A stretch of DNA of 64,000 bases from assembly GCA_965219995.1 (NCBI GenBank), contig CBDCOX010000002.1:160001-224000 (forward strand), in the 5' to 3' direction. Positions 49,203 through 58,583 of this stretch are shown here, piece after piece. The notes under the pieces were generated by a model. That model worked only from the letters and a program-made list of their open reading frames with translations. It ran no database searches and had not been told where the DNA came from. Source of the stretch: Candidatus Latescibacterota bacterium (GTDB taxonomy: Bacteria > Latescibacterota > UBA2968 > GCA-2709665). A program made the translations under genes and the position numbers. Each line of letters begins with the position of its first letter. Positions within the stretch are counted from its first letter, which is position 1.

Positions 49203-50264
49203 ATGACTGTTTCATCGTTGCGGGAAGCCAAACGGGCGGCGGGCGCGGTTTTCGAACGAATCGACGGTATCGAGGCGGCTGCGCATTACGGCGATACCGC
49301 GTCCGAATACGCTTCCGTTCGAGAGGCCGTGGGGCTGGTCGATCGGAGCAGCCGGGGCCACCTGCTGGTTACCGGCTCGGACCGCACGCGGTTCTTGCAC
49401 GGGATGCTGAGCAATACGGTCGAGGGGCTGGAAACCGGGGCGGGCAACTATTCGACGATGACCACGCCACGGGGACAGACGCTGACGGATGTATGGGTTT
49501 ATCACCGCGCGGAAGGGTTCCTGCTTGAGACGGAGCCGGGATTGCAGGAAAAACTGATGGCGTCCCTGGACAGATACCTGATCGCGGACGACGTCGATAT
49601 CAAGGATGTCACCGGGGCGCAGGCCACGTTGGGCGTACACGGACCGGGCTCCCGCGCCCTGATCGCGCGTTTCCTGGGCGAGGTGCCCGTCGATCTCGCG
49701 GATTGCCATACCGTTTTCCGGACCCTGGGACGCGCGGATGTGTCCGTGACCGCGCGCGGCTATACCGGAGAACCCGGCTACGATCTCCGGATAGCGGCGG
49801 CCCTGGCCTCGCGCCTCTGGAGTGCGTTGACTTCCGCGGGCGCGCGGCCCGTGGGCGCCCGGGCACTGGAAGCATTGCGTATAGAAGCCGGCATTCCACG
49901 CTATGGCGTGGACGTGGACGAACGGGTCGTGCCCCTGGAAGCGGGCCTCTATCACGCGGTCGATTTCGCGAAAGGATGTTTTATCGGACAGGAAACGATC
50001 GCCAAAATGCACAATCTGGGCAAGCCCAGGCGGTATCTGGTTGGTCTCCGACTGGACTCGGAAATCGTCCCGCCCGCTGAAACACCGCTTCGAGACGGCG
50101 AACGACAGATCGGGTGGATCACGAGCGGCCTGCACTCCCCGGCCCTGCGGCGGGTGGTTTCGCTGGCCTCCGTCCGCCGGGGTTTCGAACGGCCCGGCCG
50201 GATGCTGTCCGTAGATGGCGGGGGCCGCGCCGAGGTTGTCGAACTGCCGTTCATACGGCGATAG
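49203..50264 (+). CDS. Folate-binding aminomethyltransferase family protein (GcvT/YgfZ-like)
   Basis: GLVDRS, RFLHGMLSN, LRIEAG, KGCFIGQE (YgfZ-type motif); GGAGG SD. Confidence 0.88.
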   Translation: MTVSSLREAKRAAGAVFERIDGIEAAAHYGDTASEYASVREAVGLVDRSSRGHLLVTGSDRTRFLHGMLSNTVEGLETGAGNYSTMTTPRGQTLTDVWVYHRAEGFLLETEPGLQEKLMASLDRYLIADDVDIKDVTGAQATLGVHGPGSRALIARFLGEVPVDLADCHTVFRTLGRADVSVTARGYTGEPGYDLRIAAALASRLWSALTSAGARPVGARALEALRIEAGIPRYGVDVDERVVPLEAGLYHAVDFAKGCFIGQETIAKMHNLGKPRRYLVGLRLDSEIVPPAETPLRDGERQIGWITSGLHSPALRRVVSLASVRRGFERPGRMLSVDGGGRAEVVELPFIRR

Positions 50265-50389
50265 GGGGGCGACCCGGCAACGGCGCATCCTCCAACGATA
50301 ACGGCGAAAATCGGCGATGTCAAGGGCTTTTTGTCTCAGGAGCACGCGGTTGCAGGCAAGGTCCCCCCAGGCCTGAATCGAGAGGGTTG

Positions 50390-50418
50390 TTGACTCTGCA
50401 CATTTGTTCATTTATATT
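50390..50418 (+). promoter_or_regulatory. sigma70 promoter of the folB operon
   Basis: TTGACT-17bp-TATATT. Confidence 0.65.
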
Positions 50419-50524
50419 GATAAACCAATGAAGGGTCGGGCATCGGACGGCCACCGCGCCGCAGGCCGGATCACAAGGGGCTGGCTAGGGTTCCGACATC
50501 GTCTGGAGGCGGCTGAAACAGGCA

Positions 50525-50881
50525 ATGGGAAACGACGTGTTGCGCCTGAGAAACATGAAGTTCTTTGCCTACCATGGGCTGATTCCCGAAGAGGCGAAAC
50601 TGGGGCAGTGGTTCGAAGTGGACGTGGAAATCTTCTCGGACTTCCGGGGCTATGCCCGTGGCGGGGAGACCGGCGCCGTCGACTATTCACAGGTTTACGA
50701 AACGACGAAGGCGATCGTCACCGAAGAGCGATTCGGTCTGGTGGAAGCGCTCGCGGACCGGATCGCGGAGGTGCTGCAGTCGAGCCACCAAATTGAGCGA
50801 CTGCGCGTTCGGGTGCGCAAACCCAATCCGCCCATCCAGGCGATGTTCGACGGCGTCGAGGCCGAAGTGGAGCGAGGATGA
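50525..50881 (+). CDS. folB: Dihydroneopterin aldolase
   Basis: FFAYHG..EE..LGQ.F.VD, VDYS, LVEALA, KPNPP. Confidence 0.93.
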   Translation: MGNDVLRLRNMKFFAYHGLIPEEAKLGQWFEVDVEIFSDFRGYARGGETGAVDYSQVYETTKAIVTEERFGLVEALADRIAEVLQSSHQIERLRVRVRKPNPPIQAMFDGVEAEVERG

Positions 50882-50884
50882 CCC

Positions 50885-51397
50885 ATGGCGCTCTCCTACA
50901 TCGGTATGGGGGCGAACCAGAACGACCGGGCGGCAGCGTTGCGCCGGGCCGCGTCCACGATCCACGAACACAACAGACTCGACGTTAAGCATGCCTCGCC
51001 GGTTTATGAAACCGCGCCGATCGGGGTCACCGGGCAGCCGATGTATCTGAATGCGGTGCTTGCGGTGGAAACGGATCTCGAACCTCGTGCGCTGCTGGCG
51101 TGTCTGTTGGCTGTCGAAAGGAGGTTCGGGAGAGTCCGGAAACAGAGGTGGGGCCCCCGTTCCCTCGATCTGGACATCCTCCTGTACGGGAATGAGATAA
51201 TCCGTGTTCGGGGTCTTCAAATCCCCCATCCCAGGTTGCACGAGCGGGCATTTGTGCTGATTCCGCTGCGCGAGCTGGCGCCGCGCGGCCGCCATCCCGT
51301 GTTCAACAGGACCTTTTCGGAATTGGCCGAATCGATCGTTCCGACGCAGGAAGTGAGAAAGCTCGACGGGGTCTCGCTGCTGTCGGTTTGCACGTAA
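50885..51397 (+). CDS. folK: 2-amino-4-hydroxy-6-hydroxymethyldihydropteridine diphosphokinase
   Basis: YLNAV, RWGPRSLDLDILLYG, IPHPRLHERAFVL. Confidence 0.95.
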   Translation: MALSYIGMGANQNDRAAALRRAASTIHEHNRLDVKHASPVYETAPIGVTGQPMYLNAVLAVETDLEPRALLACLLAVERRFGRVRKQRWGPRSLDLDILLYGNEIIRVRGLQIPHPRLHERAFVLIPLRELAPRGRHPVFNRTFSELAESIVPTQEVRKLDGVSLLSVCT

Positions 51398-51408
51398 AGG
51401 CGTCATTT

Positions 51409-52050
51409 GTGGCGGTACGATATCTCGCAATCGAAGGGCCCCCCTGCGTGGGCAAGACCGATCTCGCACGGCTCCTCGGTAGATCGATGAAAGCGCGCCT
51501 GGTCCTTGAAGAGGCTGAAGAGAATCCGTTTCTGCCCCTGTTTTACGAGAATCCGGAGCACTACGGGTTTCAGACGCAGGTCTTTTTCATGTTGCACAGG
51601 TACAGGCAGCAGCAGGATCTGCATCAGATGGACCTGTTCGAGTCCACGGTGGTCAGCAACTACCTGTTGGCACGGAGCGGCATATACGCCCACGTCTGCC
51701 TGAACGACGCCGAACTTTCGCTCTACGAACGCGTGGCCGAGACGATCCGGGAAGAGGCGCCGAAGCCCGATCTGGTCATCTACCTCCACAATTCAACGGA
51801 GAGCCTCCTTCAACGAGTTCGCCGGCAGACGCCCTCTTACGAGCGGCTGATGACCGAATCTTACCTTGAAAGGCTCGTTGAGGCGTACACCCATTTCTTC
51901 TTTCACTATACGGAAACGCCGTTGCTCATCATCAATGTGTCGCAGGTCGACTTCGTTCGGAATCCTGAGGGTCTGGAGGAACTGCTGCAGCAGGTGAAGG
52001 CGCCGCCTGCCGGCACCCGCTACTATCGTCCGTCTCGCAATGAGGCCTGA
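51409..52050 (+). CDS. Deoxynucleoside kinase
   Basis: IEGPPCVGKT, ENPFLPLFY, FQTQVFF, PDLVIYL; usual folK-dNK-panB context. Confidence 0.88.
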   Translation: MAVRYLAIEGPPCVGKTDLARLLGRSMKARLVLEEAEENPFLPLFYENPEHYGFQTQVFFMLHRYRQQQDLHQMDLFESTVVSNYLLARSGIYAHVCLNDAELSLYERVAETIREEAPKPDLVIYLHNSTESLLQRVRRQTPSYERLMTESYLERLVEAYTHFFFHYTETPLLIINVSQVDFVRNPEGLEELLQQVKAPPAGTRYYRPSRNEA

Positions 52051-52065
52051 TCGCGGAATACCGTC

Positions 52066-52944
52066 ATGGAATATGCAGATACAGTCAAGGGAGTCCGGGA
52101 GGCGCCCGACGGGGATTTGCGTACTGCACCCGGTTTTCTGACCGGGATGAAGCAGCGGGGTGAACCCATCGCCATGCTCACCTGCTACGATTTCCCCTCC
52201 GCCATCCTTCAGGACGCGTCGGACGTGGACGTCATCCTGGTGGGCGATTCGGTGGGGATAAATATCCTGGGGTACGAAAGTCCGCAGCAGGTCACGATGG
52301 CGGATATGCTTCACCATACCCGCGCGGTCAGGCGTGGCGTGCAGAAGGCAGTCCTGTTGGCAGATCTGCCATACCGGTCGTACGAAACGGATTCCAATGC
52401 CGTTGAAAATGCACGGATGCTGGCGGATGCGGGGGCCGATATGGTAAAGCTCGAAGGCGCGGAGGAAGTGGCGGGGAGGATCGGAGCGATAACCGCCGAG
52501 GGCATACCGGTCGTTGGCCACGTGGGTCATATGCCGCAGACGTGGAAGGGAAACCGGCATGTCTACGGAGACCGCGCCGATGAAGCGGCCCTGGTTCTTG
52601 CAGGTGCACTCGCGCTGGAGGCTGCGGGTGCGGTCGCCGTGGTGCTCGAATGCGTTCCCGAACAGGTGGCCGGCGTTGTTTCGCGGGCGCTGGGTATTCC
52701 CACAATCGGGATCGGGTCGGGTCGACGGTGCGACGGTCAGGTGCTTGTGACGCCGGACCTTTTGGGCCTCAACGACTTTTCGTTTCGGTATTCCAAGCGC
52801 TACGCGGAGTTGGGAACCACCATTTGCGACGCGTTTTCGGCCTACGTCAAGGATGTAAAGGCGAAGCGGTATCCAGCCGAAGAGCATCGATATCGAATCA
52901 GAAACGAAGAATTGAGGAAGTTCAAGGCCCTCGCAGGGGAATGA
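52066..52944 (+). CDS. panB: 3-methyl-2-oxobutanoate hydroxymethyltransferase
   Basis: LTCYD, ILVGDS, VKLEG, IPTIGIGSG..CDGQVLV. Confidence 0.95.
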   Translation: MEYADTVKGVREAPDGDLRTAPGFLTGMKQRGEPIAMLTCYDFPSAILQDASDVDVILVGDSVGINILGYESPQQVTMADMLHHTRAVRRGVQKAVLLADLPYRSYETDSNAVENARMLADAGADMVKLEGAEEVAGRIGAITAEGIPVVGHVGHMPQTWKGNRHVYGDRADEAALVLAGALALEAAGAVAVVLECVPEQVAGVVSRALGIPTIGIGSGRRCDGQVLVTPDLLGLNDFSFRYSKRYAELGTTICDAFSAYVKDVKAKRYPAEEHRYRIRNEELRKFKALAGE

Positions 52945-53033
52945 ACGCAACGTCGATACGTCGGGCGACACCACCGAGGGGCGGGGATCTCCCGCCCCTT
53001 GTTTCTTGTCTGGAGACAGGCGGCTCGCGAAGC

Positions 53034-53915
53034 ATGGAAACGGTAAGGGTCATACGTACCGCGAGAGAGATGCACCGCATCGCCGACCGGATGCGCGGAG
53101 ACGGATTCCGGATCGGGCTGGTTCCCACGATGGGATCTCTGCACCCGGGCCATTCGAGCCTGATTCGCATGGTGGATCGGGTGGCCGACCGGACGGTCGT
53201 GAGTGTCTTCGTCAACCCCGCGCAGTTCGGGCCCCAGGAGGATTTCGATACGTATCCGCGCGATTTCGAGCGCGACCGGGCCGTGGTTCGCGCCCAGGGA
53301 GGCGACCTGATCTACGCGCCGTCCGTGGAAGAGATGTATCCGCAAGGTTATGCGACCTACCTCGAGGTGGAACGACTGACGGACCATCTGTGCGGCGCTT
53401 CCCGTCCCGGTCATTTCAGAGGGGTGGCCACGGTGGTGACCAAACTTTTCGCGGCCGTGAAGCCGCACGTGGCCGTTTTCGGGCAGAAAGACGCCCAGCA
53501 GGCGGGTGTTGTCCGCCGGTTGACGAGAGACTTGAACCTCGACGTGGAAATCCTGATCGCGCCGACGGTGAGAGAGGCGGACGGGCTGGCGAAGAGTTCC
53601 CGCAACCGCAACCTTTCACCCCGGCATCGGCGGCGCGCCGCGGTAATCTACATGGCCTTGCAGGAAGGGAGGGACCTGGTGCTGGCGGGCGAAAAGCGCG
53701 CGTGCGCGGTAATCGACGCCATGGATCGACGCGTACGCCGGAAACCGGGCGCGGAGGTCGATTACATCGCGGCGGTCGATGTTCGGGATTTCCGGCCGCT
53801 GGACGTGATCGAGGGCCGGGTCCTTCTGGCGGCGGCCGTCCGTTTCGGCCAATCCCGGCTTATCGACAATATCGTCGTGGAAACCGACGGGCGGGCAGTT
53901 CAGGAAATACGATAA
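53034..53915 (+). CDS. panC: Pantoate--beta-alanine ligase
   Basis: VPTMGSLHPGH, FVNPAQF, RPGHFRGV, FGQKDAQQ, SSRN, RLIDN. Confidence 0.95.
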   Translation: METVRVIRTAREMHRIADRMRGDGFRIGLVPTMGSLHPGHSSLIRMVDRVADRTVVSVFVNPAQFGPQEDFDTYPRDFERDRAVVRAQGGDLIYAPSVEEMYPQGYATYLEVERLTDHLCGASRPGHFRGVATVVTKLFAAVKPHVAVFGQKDAQQAGVVRRLTRDLNLDVEILIAPTVREADGLAKSSRNRNLSPRHRRRAAVIYMALQEGRDLVLAGEKRACAVIDAMDRRVRRKPGAEVDYIAAVDVRDFRPLDVIEGRVLLAAAVRFGQSRLIDNIVVETDGRAVQEIR

Positions 53916-53955
53916 GTGTAAGTTTTTGTTATATGTAAGGGGGCCTGGAAATCGC

Positions 53956-53984
53956 TTGACGATAAGCCCGGACTTCGTTATATT
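53956..53984 (+). promoter_or_regulatory. sigma70 promoter for sod
   Basis: TTGACG-17bp-TATATT. Confidence 0.6.
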
Positions 53985-54055
53985 TTGTGTTATTCTCATT
54001 CGATAGTTATGTCAGGTTCAGTCGATCATCCTCATCCAATCAAGGAGTGTACACA

Positions 54056-54670
54056 ATGGCACATTCACTACCCGATCTGCCGTACGGTTTCGATGCTCTT
54101 GAGCCCCATATAGACGCACGCACCATGGAGATTCACCATGGCAGGCACCATAACACCTATGTCACCAACCTGAACAACGCACTCGAGGGGCACGACGACC
54201 TTGCCGCCCTGAGTGTGGAAGATCTGATCAGCAATCTGGATGGTGTTCCCGAGGCGATTCGCACGGCGGTTCGGAACAACGGCGGCGGTCATGCCAATCA
54301 CAGTCTGTTCTGGACAATCATGTCGCCCGGTGGAGGCGGAGAACCCTCCGGAGATCTGGCCGACGCCATCAACGCCGCGTTCGGCAGCCTGGACGCGGCA
54401 CGGGACGAGTTCGTCCAGGCTGCAACCACCCGCTTCGGCAGCGGATGGGCATGGGTGGTCGTGAAGGACGGCAAGCTGGAGATTCTCAGTACCGCGAATC
54501 AGGACAGCCCGCTGATGACGGGCGACGGCACGCCCATCCTCGGACTGGACGTCTGGGAGCACGCCTATTATCTGAATTATCAGAACCGGCGTCCGGATTA
54601 TATCGAGGCCTGGGGAAACGTGATTGACTGGGACGCGGTGGCGGCCCGGTTCACGGAAGCAGCCGCGTAA
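54056..54670 (+). CDS. sodA: Mn/Fe superoxide dismutase (probably Mn)
   Basis: [26 protein letters not shown]; AAGGAG SD. Confidence 0.95.
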   Translation: MAHSLPDLPYGFDALEPHIDARTMEIHHGRHHNTYVTNLNNALEGHDDLAALSVEDLISNLDGVPEAIRTAVRNNGGGHANHSLFWTIMSPGGGGEPSGDLADAINAAFGSLDAARDEFVQAATTRFGSGWAWVVVKDGKLEILSTANQDSPLMTGDGTPILGLDVWEHAYYLNYQNRRPDYIEAWGNVIDWDAVAARFTEAAA

Positions 54671-54755
54671 CCACAGGACGGAACAATGTTGACGGTTGTG
54701 CAGTCAGTTTGAGTGTACGGCCGGTATTCCGGAATCACACGAAAGGATCATGACC

Positions 54756-55232
54756 ATGGGGATCAACGTAGGCGACCAGGCGCCCGACTTCACGCTAACA
54801 AGCAAACGCGGCGACCTGGAAGACGTTGCATTGAGCAGTTTCAGGGGAAACAGAAACGTCGTGCTGCTTTTTTTTCCGCTGGCGTATACGTCGGTCTGCA
54901 CCGACGAAATGTGTTCGGTGAGCGGCGGTCTTTCCGAATACGACAACCTGAACGCGCAGGTGCTGGCCATCAGCGTGGACAGTCCGTTCGCTCAGGAGGC
55001 CTGGGCGGATCAGAACAACATATCCATCCCGTTGCTGAGTGATTTCAACAAGGAAGTGAGCGCCGCCTACGGAGCCCAATATCAGGATCTGTTGGGTTTC
55101 AGGGGTGTCGCAAAACGAGCGGCGTTCGTTGTCGACAAGGAAGGGATCGTCCGGTACGCGGAGGTCTCGGAGGACGCCACCGTATTGCCGGACTTCGACG
55201 CCGTAAAACGCTGTCTTTCCGAAATCGGATGA
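54756..55232 (+). CDS. Peroxiredoxin (AhpC/TSA family)
   Basis: FFPLAYTSVCTDEMC, ISVDS, LLSDF, RAAFVVD. Confidence 0.9.
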   Translation: MGINVGDQAPDFTLTSKRGDLEDVALSSFRGNRNVVLLFFPLAYTSVCTDEMCSVSGGLSEYDNLNAQVLAISVDSPFAQEAWADQNNISIPLLSDFNKEVSAAYGAQYQDLLGFRGVAKRAAFVVDKEGIVRYAEVSEDATVLPDFDAVKRCLSEIG

Positions 55233-55366
55233 GCGGAAGTGGTTCTAGTGTCCAGTCCCAAAAATACCTCACCGTTCTTCCGTCGATTCATCCCGACTCG
55301 ACGGCCGAATTCAGGCAACTTATTTCCGGGACAGAACACCAGGTCGCCGGGAAGGTCGAGGGTAAA

Positions 55367-55690
55367 ATGGTAACGGTCACCGAAGCTGCCGCGGTAAAGA
55401 TCAAGGATCTGCTGGAACGCGAAGGCGTTCCGGATGCGGGTCTCCGGATGAAGGTGGTGGGAGGCGGGTGCTCCGGACTGCAGTACCAGTTGGGCTTCGA
55501 AGATGGCCCCGGCGAAGACGACGACACCATAGAGTGCAAGGGCGTCAGGGTGTTTGTGGACATGAAAAGCGCACTCTATCTCGCCGGGTCCGAACTGGAT
55601 TATGACGATGGGCTGATGGGGGTCGGCTTTAAGGTACTCAATCCCAACGCCACGAATCAGTGCGGCTGCGGGGAATCGTTTGGCGTATGA
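55367..55690 (+). CDS. A-type Fe-S carrier (IscA/ErpA, HesB family)
   Basis: GGGCSG, NPNA..CGCGESF. Confidence 0.93.
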   Translation: MVTVTEAAAVKIKDLLEREGVPDAGLRMKVVGGGCSGLQYQLGFEDGPGEDDDTIECKGVRVFVDMKSALYLAGSELDYDDGLMGVGFKVLNPNATNQCGCGESFGV

Positions 55691-55990
55691 TGGAATGAAC
55701 CGGTTCGGCCTGCTGTGGCGGCCGATGGACTGTCAAGGGAGGGAGGGGTCCGGTTCGGATGCCTCCCTTTGTTATCCGATCGAACTGTTGAACCGGAGTC
55801 TTATGTTGTTCTTGCTGCACATTGCACGTCTGCTCCCGCAAGGGTCGCGGCGGCAATTGGCTCTGTTCGGGAATTCCGGAGAACCGGCGTCGCATTGTTG
55901 CAGGGACCGAGAGCGACAATTCACGGCGGGGCCAAATGTGCGTAAATCGATTGACCTGGACCTCAATTCTTACGAAAACGGGAGGCTTCA

Positions 55991-57790
55991 ATGGCGCTGG
56001 ATGCAACCTCAGTCAGTCTTGCCATTGCATGCGCGATTCTCCTCTTCGTTGCCGGTTGGTTCTTGTGCGCGAGGCTCAAGGCCCGCAAGATTCAGGAAAT
56101 TGAACACCACACTGAGCGTCGCATTTCGAAAATGGTCGAGAAGGCGGGCAGGGAGCGCAGAGCCACATTTCTTGAAGAGAAGAACAGATGGTACGACGCC
56201 AAGAACACGTTCGAGCACGAACTGGATACCAAGAGGCGAGAACTGGAACGCCGGGACGAGGACCTCAATGAAAAAGAGAGCGGCATACTGGAGCAGCGCG
56301 AGAACCTCAAACAGCGAGCCAGGGAGTTGAATCGCCGGGAGCGCGACGTTCGGCAGCGCGCGGTACGAATGGATCAGAATCAGCAGGAACTCGAACAGGT
56401 GCTGACCGAACAGCGCGGACTGCTGGAACGCATATCCGGCATGAATGTCGACCGCGCCCGGGAGATGCTCCTGGAGAATATCGAGACCGATCTCCAGCAT
56501 ACGGCAACCGCCATGGGTATGGAGATCATCGATCAGGCCAGGGAGCGGTCCGAAAGGGAATCCAAAAAGATCATTGCGCAGGCGATTGAACGCTGTTCCA
56601 CCGATCAGACCGTGCAATCGTCGATTTCTGTCGTGGCGCTGCCCGACGACGATATCAAGGGGCGAATCGTCGGCAAGGAGGGGCGGAATATCATCTCGTT
56701 CGAGGCCGCAACCGGCGTGAAGGTGATCGTTAACGATACGCCGGAAGCCGTGGTTCTCTCCAGCTTCGATCCGGTAAAGCGGGACGTGGCCAGGCTGGCG
56801 ATGGAACAACTGGTGAAGGAGGGGCGAATCAATCCCGGCAGGGTGGAGGAAGTCGTGGCCGAATGCGAAAGCCGAATCGAGACCCTGATCGAAGAGGAGG
56901 GGCGGCGGGCGGTCAAGGAAGTCGGCATCGACGACATGCACTCCGAACTGGTAACGATGCTGGGACGCTTGAAATACCGGACCAGTTACGGACAGAGCGT
57001 ATTGGGACATTCCAAGGAGGTTGCCTTCCTGTCGGGCGCGATGGCGGCGGAGCTCCGGATGGACGAGAATCTGGCGCGTCGTGCCGGTCTGTTGCACGAC
57101 ATTGGCAAGGCGGTCGATCAGGAACAGGAAGGAACGCATACCGACATTGGCGTCGCGATGGTGCGCCGGCTCGGCGAAGGACCGGAGGTGGGGAACGCCA
57201 TTCTCTACCATCACGGAGACGCCGAAGCCAGTTCTCCCATTTCCTTCCTGGTAAAGGCAGCCGACGCCATTTCATCGTCCCGCCCCGGCGCCCGGCGTGA
57301 CGATGCGGAAGGGTACATTCGCAGAGTTCGGGATCTCGAGGATATCGCGCGGGGTTTCCAAGGGGTTCGTGACGCGTATGCCATCAATGCGGGCCGCGAG
57401 ATCCGTGTGATGGTGAATGCCGGCCGGGTGGACGACGAGCACGCCAGGGGGCTTTCTTTCGAAATCGCGCAGCGTATCCGTGAGGGGATGACCTATCCCG
57501 GCGAGATTCAGGTTACGATAATCCGGCAGACGGTCGCCACCCAGTGGGCGGGCCGTTCAAACAAGCGGCGCAAGGGCAGGTCCCGGAACAGGAGAGGAGA
57601 ACGCCGTTATGAAAAAGGTCGGTCACGAAATGACACTGACCGAAAAAATGTATCTTCCGGCAATCACAAAGGGTCTGTCGTTGACCTTCAGGCATCTGCT
57701 CGGCAAAAAGATCACGATGCAGTATCCGGAGGAAACCTGGACAAAACCCGGCGGATACCGGGGGCTGCACAAGCTAACGAAGGACGATAA
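55991..57790 (+). CDS. rny: Ribonuclease Y with a basic C-terminal extension
   Basis: N-terminal TM and coiled coil, KGRIVGKEGRNI (KH), RTSYGQ, LLHDIGK (HD), AGREIRV; GGAGG SD. Confidence 0.93.
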   Translation: MALDATSVSLAIACAILLFVAGWFLCARLKARKIQEIEHHTERRISKMVEKAGRERRATFLEEKNRWYDAKNTFEHELDTKRRELERRDEDLNEKESGILEQRENLKQRARELNRRERDVRQRAVRMDQNQQELEQVLTEQRGLLERISGMNVDRAREMLLENIETDLQHTATAMGMEIIDQARERSERESKKIIAQAIERCSTDQTVQSSISVVALPDDDIKGRIVGKEGRNIISFEAATGVKVIVNDTPEAVVLSSFDPVKRDVARLAMEQLVKEGRINPGRVEEVVAECESRIETLIEEEGRRAVKEVGIDDMHSELVTMLGRLKYRTSYGQSVLGHSKEVAFLSGAMAAELRMDENLARRAGLLHDIGKAVDQEQEGTHTDIGVAMVRRLGEGPEVGNAILYHHGDAEASSPISFLVKAADAISSSRPGARRDDAEGYIRRVRDLEDIARGFQGVRDAYAINAGREIRVMVNAGRVDDEHARGLSFEIAQRIREGMTYPGEIQVTIIRQTVATQWAGRSNKRRKGRSRNRRGERRYEKGRSRNDTDRKNVSSGNHKGSVVDLQASARQKDHDAVSGGNLDKTRRIPGAAQANEGR

Positions 57791-58106
57791 GGGCCGCCCC
57801 AAATGTGTCGCGTGCTACATGTGCGCCACGGCGTGTCCCGCCGAATGCATCGCCATCGAAGCCGAAGAAGCGCCCTGGGAGGACCGGGAGAAGCATCCCA
57901 GGCGATTTGACATCGATATGCTGCGTTGTATTTTCTGCGGCATGTGCGTCGAAGCCTGTCCCGAAGACGCGATCGTCATGACGGAGCGAACCGAACTGGC
58001 GGCGGAAACCCGGGCTGAGCTGATTTATACCAAAGAGCGGCTGCTGGCCGTTGAAGACCGGGTGACCCTTACGCCGCCTAGAAGGCCGCTGGAAGATACA
58101 CGGTGA
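57609..58106 (+). CDS. nuoI: NADH-quinone oxidoreductase subunit I (2x[4Fe-4S])
   Basis: TMQYPEE, YRGLH, CVACYMCATACP, CIFCGMCVEACP; AGGAG SD. Confidence 0.9.
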   Translation: MKKVGHEMTLTEKMYLPAITKGLSLTFRHLLGKKITMQYPEETWTKPGGYRGLHKLTKDDKGRPKCVACYMCATACPAECIAIEAEEAPWEDREKHPRRFDIDMLRCIFCGMCVEACPEDAIVMTERTELAAETRAELIYTKERLLAVEDRVTLTPPRRPLEDTR

Positions 58107-58127
58107 GCCGGCGGGTGGTTGGGCTCC

Positions 58128-58508
58128 ATGGCAGAGATTTATAGTGAAATCGCCCTCGATCACTTCAGGAATCCTCGCAATGCCGGAACCATGCGCGACG
58201 CGGACGGCGTCGGCTCGGTGGAAAATCCGGCATCCGGCGCGGTGGTCTCGCTTCAACTGAAAGTTGTCGATGAACGGGTCGTCGGGGCGATGTTTCAGGC
58301 CCAGGGCTGCACGGCAACCATCGCCGCGGCTTCCATATTAACGGAGATGGTGGCGGGCCTGCCGGTTGCGGCGGCGGCGGCGGTTACGCGTGCGGATGTC
58401 GAGGCCGGATTGGGCGGTTTGCCGCCGACAAGAAGACATGCCGCCGCGCTGGCCAGAGACGCGGTCAGGGCGGCGCTGGCGGATTTCAGGGCCCGGGTGA
58501 AGGCCTGA
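58128..58508 (+). CDS. IscU/NifU-N-like scaffold protein (degenerate)
   Basis: LDHFRNPRNAG, GC.ATIAAAS.LTE, LGGLP; two of three Cys missing. Confidence 0.8.
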   Translation: MAEIYSEIALDHFRNPRNAGTMRDADGVGSVENPASGAVVSLQLKVVDERVVGAMFQAQGCTATIAAASILTEMVAGLPVAAAAAVTRADVEAGLGGLPPTRRHAAALARDAVRAALADFRARVKA

Positions 58509-58583
58509 CGGCTCAAATACTGTTGTTCATACACAAGGACAGGGCGCGTCCGTTCCCTGTCCTTTTGGGCTTGTTTGGCGCCC

